Shown piece after piece: positions 39,568 to 50,996 of a DNA stretch of 64,000 bases. A program made the position numbers and the translations under genes. Location: NCBI GenBank assembly GCA_043228905.1, contig JBHGNT010000013.1, forward strand, positions 19,220,001 through 19,284,000, given 5' to 3'. Positions within the stretch are counted from its first letter, which is position 1. Each line of letters opens with the position of its first letter. The stretch is from Azolla caroliniana (taxonomy: Eukaryota; Plantae; Polypodiophyta). Below the pieces are notes generated by a model, which saw nothing but the letters and a program-made list of their open reading frames with translations, searched no databases and was not told the DNA's origin.

Positions 39568-41774
39568 TGCTCGTGTCTATCTGCTACCAAATCATAAGTA
39601 GGCATGGTGAGGGAATCGCGGCCATGGACTATGCATGTTGCTCTGACATCTCGGTTGCCCAACCACATCTGGTCGCCCCAACTCTAACCGTTGCAGGTCG
39701 CCCAACCGTTCAGAAAACTTAGTCTTAATAACATAAAATCATCTTAAAACATAAAACTTAACACTTCAAAAAATACACAAACTGAGACTTAACAACAAAA
39801 AAATCAACTTTAAAACATAAATCGGGATCGAGTGCTATCATGATGATTAGTCCTTGATTAAGACGAGGGTTTAGGGTTTATATGATTAAAACCGTTATTT
39901 TTGTTGTTTAATCATTTCAGGTTGTTGGCGGGGTTGTTGGTGGTTGGCGGTTGGCGGTTGGAGACTTGTTGAGAAAGTTGGTCGACCTGGATATTTGCAT
40001 CGGACAACTTGATTAAAATAGGTTGGAAGACCTGATTAAATTAGGTTGAGCGACCACCATAATAGGTTGGGCGACCTAATTAACAAGTTGGGCAACTTCA
40101 TTATAGGTTGGGCCAAGTGATTAATAGGTTTGGCGACCTGATAATCGGTTGGGTGACCTAATTAATAGGTTGAACAAAATTGCATGCAATGAATCATTGT
40201 CTTGAGATAAAAAACTCGAGACTGACAACAACATTCTCTGAATCGCTCACAGTTGAGATCCAACAAAAACTTCAGATAAACTATTTTCATTTTTTGAATC
40301 ATGGACACATTGGATCAAAAACTTGAGTAACTACTTGACATCAAATTTTTTAGATAAACAACAACATTTTCTGAATCAATTATTTTTTGAACCAACACTA
40401 ATTGAAAATGGGTAGATAGTCCATTGATAAGGCTATTTGATATATAATGTGTGGCATTTTTGCCATATAGAAATCCGGCGTATACAAAATATAAGGCCAT
40501 ATTTACAAAATCCGTTGTATACAAAAATTACAACCTTCAATCCTCAAAATAGCCCTAACCTTCAACTTCTAGATGTATGATTGCCGATTTTTATTTACTT
40601 GATTTCGAGGTCTATGAAACACTTTAGCGATCTCTGGCGCCCATAGTTTTTGAAACATGGCCCTAGAGTACCCTCCTCCTCTATCCTCATCCATCCCTCA
40701 TGGCAACACTATGTCAATACCATGTCTCTTGAGTAAGTGTGTTTCCATGTCACATTTTTTGTGATACCATCTTGGCGATTTGTGGCAAGACTCAGCCAAG
40801 ATACATGCATGGGCCTTGTTCCCTCATGCATCTCGCCCAACCCTATGCAACGAGTCCAACCTCATACATTGCTTGGTCCAACCTCCCTCCACCCTCAGAA
40901 ATGTCAGATGTACAACTTCTCCAAAGTCTTCTGACAAAAACCTTGGAAACAAATAATTGGTAACCATACATGCATCACTAATCATTACCACTAGAAATCA
41001 AAATTTATTCATGAACCTCCCTTGTCTTGGATATATGTCACTGTTATCGCAATCAAACCACTCTTTGTACTTGGACCTAGCAGCCATCTACACGATCAAG
41101 CATTTAAAGCAAAATTCTAAAATCAAGCAAAACCTAAACCCTAAATGAAGCAAAAGAAATAATATTAAAAAATCAAGTAAAGCCCTAAACCCTAAATCAA
41201 CCATTTTCTAAAATAAGTAATCAAACACATCCAATATTATCTTTAATCAAGAAAACACTAAACCCTAAATCAAGCACACCCTCCACTACTTCAGAACCAT
41301 TTTCATGAAAAATATGATTTACACCAAAAAATATTGCAAAAAAAGTAGAAACAAGTAAAATATATACATGGGAATTAAGCAGGTGGACATGGCAGATGTG
41401 GCAAATGCACGTAGTCAATGGTTATCTGGTTGAAAACCTTCTTCACAGCGAAAAACCCTAACAATCTCATTTAAAAATGTGAGAAAATGATAGGTTTCAA
41501 GGTTTTATACATTAGGTTGGGCAACCACACGTTGGTTGAGTGACCTGTTTTGTCAGTTGGGAGACCACATTAGGTAGTTGGGAGACTGAATAGTGGTTGG
41601 GCGACCAAAGTGTCAAAGTTGGACAACCTCTGACAATTTTTTATTCGCGTGTTTTTTTAAATCCAAATCGAACGATGTAGATGGCACGCGCCCTCACATG
41701 AGTGACCTACATCGTCCATGGCAGCGATTTCCTCACCAAGCCTATTTATGAGTTAGTGGTAGATAGACACATCG
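39568..41774 (-). mobile_element. E2: non-autonomous deletion derivative of the E1 family (2.2 kb)
   Basis: Left end CTCGTGTCTAT...GGTGAGGGAATCGCGGCC and right end ATAGACACATCG. GTTGGGCGACC motifs present; remnant of the zinc-finger gene at ~40530-41090 (MAARSKYKEWFDCDNSDIYP). Transposase deleted. Confidence 0.85.
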
Positions 41775-41776
41775 TA

Positions 41777-41859
41777 AGATTCAGGATAAACATGGAGGGG
41801 GTCAAATATGAAGGGATCTACCCTTCATATTTGATCCGCTCCATGTTTATCTTGAATCT
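41777..41859. repeat. 83-bp hairpin (39-bp arms, 3 differences, 5-nt loop)
   Basis: AGATTCAGGATAAACATGGAGGGGGTCAAATATGAAGGG-ATCTA-CCCTTCATATTTGATCCGCTCCATGTTTATCTTGAATCT. Confidence 0.9.
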
Positions 41860-41873
41860 CTAGTCTCTCTAGA

Positions 41874-43779
41874 TGCTCGTGTCTATTTGCAACCAATATT
41901 AAATAGGCCTCATGAGGGAGTCACACTTGCTGATAATCCTATGAGCTATGTGCACTGTCAAATCATATCCACAAAAGGCACATGCCCATTTTTAACCTGA
42001 CTCTATTCTTGCATTTATCGTGTCTAACCCCTGACTCTATCCATGCATTTGCCACGTCTAACCTAACTCTATCTACCCTCTGTCACATCTAACCCGACTA
42101 TATCCAACTTGAGTCACCTCTACCATACTTGTGCCCATGCGTCTGTCACGTCTAACCTGAGTTTGTTCTTGCCTCTGTCACATCTAATCTGGCTCCTGAC
42201 TAGGACATCTAACACAACTAACCCAACCCAATTTCGTAACCCATCTACCTGATTCTAACACGACCAACCCAGCCCAATTTCACAACCCATCTACTTGATT
42301 CTAACACGGCTACCTACATCTAACTCAACCCGAATTTCTGAAGTGACAAGAAACTTCAAAGATCACAAAATTTCAGTCACCAAAAATTTCAAAGATCCAC
42401 AACCAGAAACTTCAAATATCATGAGAGATCAATAATCCAATTAATCCAAAATTTCAAATTGAAATGATTTTTAGATTTCAACTATCATAAAAATTTCAGC
42501 CCTATAAATTGCCAAAGATGTCACATATTCAAAGACCAAAAACTTCAAAGATCAACCATTTAAAAGAGACCAAAAACTTCAAAGATTAGGTATTTTCAAA
42601 GAAATGAACTCCAAATATCACACACATTTATGTTTTTCAGATTTTGAGAGACCAAAAATCCAGATTTTCAGATTTTGGGATAACAATAACCCAAAATTGA
42701 AGATATAAAAAGTTTATTCATACATATTAAGTGATCAAGATCTAGGAGTTTTAGATTTAAAAACTCTAGGCACCGAATTATCAAAAGTCACAGGACCTAA
42801 ACAAAAACCAGAGATCATTGCTCTTTGTTTAGTGGATGGTAAAATACACCCACAATTTTTGCAACAATCAACATTATAGTACCTTGAAGTCAATGTCAAG
42901 CCATCACAATGCAAAAACCAAACCTTCTTAGTCTCACATATTGGCAACTGCCTCTTAGCACAATGAGCACTTCCCTATGGTCTTCTAGTGTATGTTTTGG
43001 TCTTGTTTGGTGAGCTACCAATAAGTTCTTGTTGTTTGGTGAGCAAACACTATGTATAATTCTTACATGACTCGACTCTTCATGCACCTCCATGCGTTCA
43101 AATTGAGAGGTGCACCCTTTGCGAAATCTTTTAAAGATTAAACCATGACCTTAACTATTCCTAATAAATCTTTAACCATTAGTTTGTATGTACCTTGATT
43201 GAAGGCAAAAAATATTAGGGAACAAAACATCAAGGGATCCACATCGTCCTCAAATGTCATTGAAGTTCCTAATGTGATGAGGTTTCCTCCAATTCAAATA
43301 TAATATCTTCTACTTCCTCTTCACAAACATCTATAATTTGGTTACGTTTTAAACCACCCAAATCTAACATGATTGCAATGTGAAAATGGTAGATGTGTAG
43401 GTGAAAATGATAGGAATATGAAAATGGATCCTCTATTTTCAGATTTTGGTAGCTGTGGATGTGAAAGTTACTTTGGTATTTGCCAATGTGCCGTAGGAAT
43501 GACTTTGATGAAAGGTGGTCGTTTGTCAACTGATTCATTGAAATGTGATCATTATAGGTCGTTGGCTCATTAGTAAATTTGGTCAGGTTAGTTGTTGGTT
43601 TAGATTATTGACCCATGTAAGATGCCAATCACGTTTAGTTGGGTTTAAACATTTCCTTGGGTTAGATGATATACATGGGGCCGGGTTAGTATATTGGCCT
43701 AGGTTAGGTGCAAGTCACATTGGGCTTGGGTTATAACATTGCCCCGGATTAGATGCATGTGGTAAGTTGGGACATTTCT
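41874..43779 (-). mobile_element. E3: divergent, internally deleted family member; right TIR not seen
   Basis: Left end CTCGTGTCTAT. Transposase C-terminal remnant (LHCDGLTLTSRYYNVDCCKNCG, ~42835-43030) joined to an N-terminal remnant (~43066-43330). Interrupted by a Copia at 43780. Confidence 0.75.
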
Positions 43780-43886
43780 TGTTGAAGATAAATGTACAAG
43801 CTCAAATTGACATGAGTTATGGTTGTTTATGTTTATAAAGATGTATGGTGAACATTTATCAAAAGACTCTAGTGAATAGCATATAA

Positions 43887-44751
43887 TGTTGGGAGATAGG
43901 TCCCTCCGGATGGGAAGGGAGAAGAACAGTGCCGACGAACAATCTCGGCCGAGGCCGAAACCGGAAGAGGAGTACCCGGCTACGGAGAGCCGGATGATAT
44001 AGGCCCGGTGTGAACCGGATGAGGAGTACCCGGCTACGGAGAGCCGGATGATACAGGCCCGGTGTGAACCGGATGAGGAGTACCCGGCTACGGAGAGCCG
44101 GATGATACAGGCCCGGTGTGAACCGAATGAGGAGTACCCGGCTACGGAGAGCTGGATGATACAGGCCCGGTGTGAACCGGATGAGTAGTACCTGGTTACG
44201 GAGAGCCGGATGGTGCAGGCCCGGTGTGAACCGGATGAGGAGTACTCGGCTACGGAGAGCCGGATGGTGCAGAACCGGTATGAACCGGAGGAAGAGACAT
44301 ATTCGTAAATATGTTTCTGAGAGCCCATTGTGGTTACATTTGTAAATAGCCGAAAAGTAATATTAGTATAAATATGACTTAGGGCAAACTTTTAGTAACT
44401 TTTGTTGTCATTCTTCCTTGTTGGTGCAAGAAGAAGAGAGAGCGCGTAACTGTACAGAGAGAGAGAGAGAGAGAACGAGGTCGTTGCCTCTGTTGTAACC
44501 GCCGCTTGTGGCGAAGATCGTGAGCCCGAGGTCGTTGCCTCCGTGTACTCACTGTTTTGTACATTCATACATAGTGACAGTTTGCAGCCTGTGGGCTGCC
44601 GTGGTTTTTCCCCTAGTTTGGGGTTTTCCACGTTAACCTCTTGTGTACCATTTCTCTTCTTTGTGTTGTGTTCTATTTCCCGTTCTCTGTGTATGAAAAG
44701 AATCTCGGTTGTGGCCGAGCGTTGCGCATAAGGAACCTTGCGTTCCCGACA
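43887..44751 (+). mobile_element. Solo LTR inserted in the Copia 5' LTR
   Basis: TGTTGGGA...TCCCGACA termini and a perfect 5-bp TSD TATAA; the 3' LTR has the empty site. Contains a 54-bp GC-rich tandem repeat (~6 copies, ~43958-44290). Confidence 0.9.
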
Positions 44752-45392
44752 TATAATGGGTAAATATATGTGGTAGGTGAGAATTAGACACAAAATCAGT
44801 GGCTACAAAAGTGGAGTCTAATAGGCGAGTCAAGTTGTAAGTAGCTAGCATAAAACATAAGGTATAAAAATAGGTATAAAACATGTTCCATATAGACAGA
44901 AAAGAGGAGAGCAAGAGGAATACCTTGAGTGTCATATCTAAGTGAGAAGTTCTATAGATTGTCTTTGATATACATTGTTAGTCTCTCTCTCACGTTTCTT
45001 TGGTATCAACTATTTTGTAAGATTCATATCGTACTAAATATATGGCCATTTCTTATGCTTTAATACTTGTTGGAAAGCTCTTTTTGTGTAGTGTTTGTGT
45101 ATAAAATATCAGTCTCAGATTCGACATATTATCTAAGTTATCAATTTGAGAGTGACAGGTGTCTGTCCATGTATTGAACCTACAACGGTTCACTATACAC
45201 TTCTTACTGTGAATAGGAGGAAAAATTCTCCACAGTTGGTATCAAAGCTTGGCTAGTGTAAAAGATTCATCAACAATCCTCGAGTTGAAGAAAAGCAAAA
45301 AGAACTAAAGAGAAAGGGGGAGATTCACGAAACAAGAGTAGAGGACTACACAATTATTAGAGGTAACCCTCATTATCTTTGATATATTTTGA

Positions 45393-47227
45393 ATGACTGA
45401 TTTGGGTCAACAAGTAGAGAAGTTGGATAAAGATAACTACCCTATATGGAACTTTAGAATGACCAACTAACTAATGGGCAAAGGCTTGTGGGGTATGGTG
45501 AGCGGAGAGGATGCTCAACCTAAAATTGATTAAGCTACAACCACCAAAGCCCAAAGGAGACAAGGAAAAGAATGGGAAGAGAGGAATAGGAAAGTCATGT
45601 TCCTCATTTCACAAGTAATTACTAATTCCATGGTAGGGCATATTCAACATCTAAAAATTGGTAAGGATGCATGGGAAACTCTTGAAAAGATGCATTCAAC
45701 AAGTACAAAAACTAGGAAACTTCAACTAAAAAATGAGTTCAACACAATTAAGAAAAGTTCAAGTCAATCTATAGATGAATATACATTGAAGATCAAGGAG
45801 CTACGAGATGCTTTAGCTTCTATTGGCACAATAGTTGAAGATGAAGATCTTGTGTGTTGTATTTTCAATCGATTGAGAGAAGATGGAATATGGAAGCCTT
45901 TCATAATGTCCATGAATTTGAAAGATGAATATCCAAAGTTTGATCAACTACTCCCTCATCTTGTCATAGAAGAGCTTAGCTTCGGTGCTTTCAAAGGGAA
46001 GGATAGCTACAACCAGGTGTTGTATGCAGGTCAAGGTAAAGGAAGGATTTCAAGTGGAGGCTCAAGAAGAAAAGGAAGAGGTCACAACAACTTCAACTAC
46101 AATCAAATTAATTTGGAGGAAAACAAGGATGGATCAAATGACAACACACAAGGAAGAGGCCGAGGAAAATTTAGAGGAAGAGGTCGAGGTTTCTACAACT
46201 CTCACAAAGGTATAATATGTTATCATTGTGGTAAAGTAGGACATTATGCTAGTGATTGTTAGCTGAAAAATGGAAGACCAAATGGAGGAAATCAAAGAAC
46301 TCAAAGCAATTATGCAAGTAACTCAAGCGAAGGAAGTAAGGATACATTACTTGCAATGAGTCATGAGTTTAAAAAAGATGATGGAAAATGGTATGTTGAT
46401 TCAGGTTGTAGTAATCATATTTCATGCCAAGGAAGTATGTTCACTAATTTACAGATACCAAATGGGAAAGGATGTGTTGAGACAAGTGATGATACTCAAC
46501 ACACGATTGAACATATTGGAGATGTAAGGCTTGGAGACACAAGTAAAGCAAAGGTACTATCAAATGTTCTTCATGTTCCTACAATTTCAAAGAACTTGAT
46601 TTCAGTAGGACAAATGGTAGAGAAGGGTTATCATGTCATATTCAATGAGAATGGGTGCTTCATAAAGAATCGTAAAGAAGGTTTCAAAGTCATTGCTCAA
46701 GGTAACTGAGAAGGAAGGATATTCACCTTGGACATTCAAAATCCTTATGGAAAGGTCATGTATATTCAATTTGGGGACAAGAAAATCTCGGAGCTAGATT
46801 TATGGCACAAAAGGATAGGACACATTAACATTCCGAAGCTAAAGAACATGAGCAAACATGAAGTGTTAAGAGGTCTTCCAAAATTTAATAGTATTGGATT
46901 ACATGAATTGTGTGAAGCTTGTCAATTAGGTAAACAAACAAGGCAACCATAAAAGAGGAGCAATTATGTGGCCCCAAATGACTTGGATTTGATACATACG
47001 GATAGGGATCAACAACGTCTTGGGTCAAGCCTAAACCGTTAACCTAAACTGGTTTTAAATGGCTTAGCGGCTTAGTGGCTCAGTTCGGCTCGACTCATGT
47101 TTGAGCTCGGTTCGGCTTGGCTTGAGCCTTGCCAAACCGGCTCAAACCGGTTAAGCCGTTTAAAAACCTAAGAGAGAGAGAAAGGGGGGAGACAATAGAC
47201 AAGGGGAGAGAGAGAGACCACATAGAC

Positions 47228-47265
<38 letters not shown>

Positions 47266-50151
47266 CCACACAAACATGAGAGAGAGTGTGGGAGGGAGGG
47301 AGAGGGAGAGGGAGAGAGAGGGAGGGCATGAGGGAGCTTGTTGTCAGAGAGAGAGAGAGGGAGGGAGAGAGGAAGAACTACAAAGAAGTGTGTGAGAGAG
47401 AGAGGTAGGGAGAGAAAGAGAAGCCGGTTCTCAAACCGGTTTGGTTTGGTTTGGTTCAAGTTTGAGAACCCCAAAACATTTTAGGCTTAACCGGTTTGGC
47501 TTGGATAAGGCCAAACCGGCTAAGCCTAAACCGAACCGTTGTCAATTCCTATATACGGATGTATGGGGACCTACCCACGAATCATCAATGGCTGGCAATA
47601 GATTTTTTGTTACTTTCATTGATGATCATTCAAGAAATGTATGGTTGTTTTGTATGAAAATCGGATGTGTTTTCTATATTCAAGAGATTAAAAAATGAAG
47701 TTGAAAAAGAACAGAAAGGCATATCAAAATCTTAAGATCTGATGCTGGAAGGGAGTACTTCTCCAATGAGTTTTCAGATTTCTTACAAGAGAATGGGATT
47801 AAAAGGCAACTTACTTGTCGATATATGCCTCAACAAAATGGCATAACCGAGAGAAAAAATAGGCAAATCGCGGAAGTCACAAGATGCATATTAAACGAGA
47901 TGAAGGTACCATTACACTATTGGGCTGAAGCTACCACAACCGCCGTTTACTTGATGAATAGATGCACAACATCAGGAATACATAACTTGACACCAAAGGA
48001 GGTATATTCTGGTAGAAAACCTAATCTTACACACCTAAAAGTTTTTGGATGTGTTTGTTTTGTTCACATTCCTCGAGAAGTAAGAACAAAAATGGAGCCA
48101 AGATCAGAAAAATGCATTTTCATTGGCTACTCGATGAAGCAAAAAGGATATAAGTGTTATAATCCTATAACAAAGGAAGTAAGGGTTTCACGAGATGTAG
48201 TCTTTGATGAACTAAGGCTATGGTATGAAGATAAAGGAAAGGGAAAAGTTCTCGAAGAAGATTATGATGATTATGTAGGAACTAATCAAAGTGAAGTTCA
48301 ACAATCGAGCTTTGAAATTTCATATCCAAAGGCATCTACATCAAAAGAAGAACATTCATCATGGAAGGAAAGACATGAAAGTTATCATATAGCTGACGAA
48401 GCAAGTGTTGCTGGAAATAGTGAGATAGACGCAAGTGAAGTTGAAAATGAAGAGATGAACACTTCTAAGCTAAACCCCAATAGCTTGAAGAAAAAACATT
48501 CTAAAGGCAATGAAAGAAGATCATCAAGGATAAGGTATCCAATTCAAAGGTTGTCAAAGACAAAGAGCCCGAGACGTATGAAGAAGCTTGTACACAAACG
48601 GAATGGAAGCAAGCTATGAAAGAAGAGATCAAAGCTCTCAATCATAATCACACATGGGATCTAGTGACAAAGAAAGAAGGTATGAAAATCATTCCAAACA
48701 AATGGGTGTTCAAGGTGAAGAGAAATGTTGACGGTTCATTAGCTAGATACAAAGCTAGGTTGGTTGCAAAAGGGTTTAAACAAACACAAGGCATAGATTA
48801 TGATGAAATTTTTAGCCCAGTTGCAAAGATGGGGACAATTAGAACCTTGATAGCAATTAGTGCTTCAAAGAGGTGGTCATTATATCAACTTGACATCAAG
48901 AATGCATTTCTAAATGGAGAACTACAAGAAGAGGTATACATGAGTCAACCGGTTGGATTTGAAGACGAAAACTATCTAGATTTTGTTTGCAGATTGAAAA
49001 AGGCACTTTATGGTTTGAAACAAGCACCACGAGTGTGGAACCAAAGATTGGTAGAGTATCTAACTAAATGCGGATACAACCCTAGCACTATTGATCCCTC
49101 ATTGTATATGCAGAAAAAAGGAAATAAAGAGGTATATATTTGTATATATGTTGGTGATTTCATCATAACAGGGAATGATGATACATGGATTAAAGATATA
49201 AAAGGAAAGCTTGGGAAAGAGTTTAAAATTTCAGATCTAGGAGAACTAAAATATTTTTTAGGAATTGAAGTCGTTTATGGGGAAAGTGGCATCTACTTGA
49301 TGCAAATGAAGTACTTGTTGGATGTTCTTTTCAAATTTGGAATGAGTGAATGCAAACCACTCACTCAACCCATTGACACAAATACAAAACTATGCTCAAG
49401 TGATGGAGAAATACTAGAAGATGCAACAACATACATAAGTATTATAGGATCCTTAATCTATGCAAGCATTACAAGACCCGATCTATGTTATGTTGTTGGT
49501 GTACTTTCTCAGTTTATGCAAGCTCCAACAAATGAACATTTAAATGCAACTAAGAGAGTGTTAAGATATATAAAGCATACAATTAATCATGCTTTGTTTT
49601 ATAAGTGTGATGAAGAATTGCAGGTCAAAGGCTTTAGTGATGCGGTTTGGGCCGGTTCAAAGGAAGATAGGAGATCAATCTTAGGTTATGTGTTTATGAT
49701 TGGAAGCAATCCTATCACGTGGAGCTTGAAGAAACAACCTATTGTTGCAGTTTCATGCATGGAGGCTGAATATAGAGGATTAACATTTGCTACATGTGAA
49801 GCAATGTGGCTTAAAAAGCTTTTGGCCGATCTTGAAGTGCATGTGGGAATCATTCTGATATACGGTGACAACATGGCAAGTATTTACTTGGCAAGCAATC
49901 CCACTTTCCATGCGAGGAGTAAGCATATTGAAGTTCACTACCATTATGTACGAGAGAAGGTGTTGAGAAAAGATGTGGAGATAAAGTTCATCAAAACCAA
50001 AGATCAAGTTGCAGACATGTTCACAAAGTTCCTGGGTGCTTCTAAACTAAGAGGTTTGAAGGATGTGATAAATTTGCAAGACATAGCTCAAGAGAACTCC
50101 CAAATGAGCTTGAGGGGGAGTGTTGACGATAAATGTACAAGCTCAAATTGA
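45393..50151 (+). pseudogene. Copia gag-pol polyprotein with stops, frameshifts and a MITE insertion
   Basis: CYHCGKVGHYASDC knuckle, WYVDSGCSNH, LWHKRIGH...CEACQLGK, PQQNGITER, YKARLVAKGF, YVGDF (mutated YVDD), RSKHIEV. Confidence 0.92.
47003..47551. mobile_element. Non-autonomous hAT-like MITE inserted in the Copia integrase
   Basis: Imperfect TIRs TAGGGATCAACAACG / CGTTGTCAATTCCTA, 8-bp TSD CATACGGA/TATACGGA, AAACCG subterminal motifs, GA-rich core. Removal restores DLIHTDVWGP. Confidence 0.85.
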
Positions 50152-50996
50152 CATGAGTTATGGTTGTTTATGTTTATAAAGATATATGGTGAAATTGATC
50201 TAAAGTCACTAGTGAATAGCATATAATGGGTAAATATATGTGGTAGGTGAGAATTAGACACAAAATCAGTGGCTACAAAAGTGGAGTCTAATAGGCGAGT
50301 CAAGTTGTAAATAGCTAGCATAAAACATAAGGTATAAAAATAGGTATAAAACATGTTCCATATAGACAGAAAAGAGGAGAGCAAGAGGAATACCTTGAGT
50401 GTCATATCTAAGTGAGAAGTTCTATAGATTGTCTTTGATATACATTGTTAGTCTCTCTCTCATGTTTCTTTGGTATCAACTATTTTGTAAGATTAATATC
50501 TTAATGAATATATAGACATTTCTTATGCTTAAATACTTGTTGGAAAGCTCTTTTTGTGTAGTGTTTATGTATACAATATTAGCCTCAGATTCGTCATATT
50601 ATCTGAGTTATCAATCTGAGAGTGACAGGTGTCTGTCCAAGTATTGAACCTACAACGGTTCATTATACGCCTCTTATTGTAAGATTACAATTTCACAACA
50701 TTCTACTCGTGTCTATTAGCTACCAAATCATAAATAGGGTTGGTGAGGGAATCATGGCCACAGACAGTGCGGGCCGCTCAATGATGGCGCATGCAATTTG
50801 GATAAGAAAGAATGTGCGAACAAAAATCATTATAACAAATAATCATCTTAAAACATAAAACATAAAAGTTAAAAAACATAAAACATAAATAAACTTATAG
50901 CATAAAACTTAAAATATACTTTTAACATAAATCCACATTAAACATACTTGATTCGTAAACCCAATTGCAATGTCCGCAAAACCACTCAAGCCTTGT

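Larger units (their letters stand above)
43780..50700 (+). mobile_element. Full-length but degenerate Ty1/Copia LTR retrotransposon
   Basis: 5' LTR 43780-45234 (interrupted), PBS TGGTATCAAAGC at ~45237, gag-PR-INT-RT-RH order, PPT AGCTTGAGGGGGAG, 3' LTR 50121-50700 (TGTTG...CAACA). Confidence 0.93.

Noticed and set aside
38167-41275. Interstitial telomere
   Set aside because: AAACCCT occurs singly or in pairs, not as (TTTAGGG)n tracts.
43699-44328. 209-aa repetitive ORF (SSSGSHRACIIRLSVAGY)n
   Set aside because: By-product of a 54-bp repeat (a multiple of 3) inside a solo LTR.
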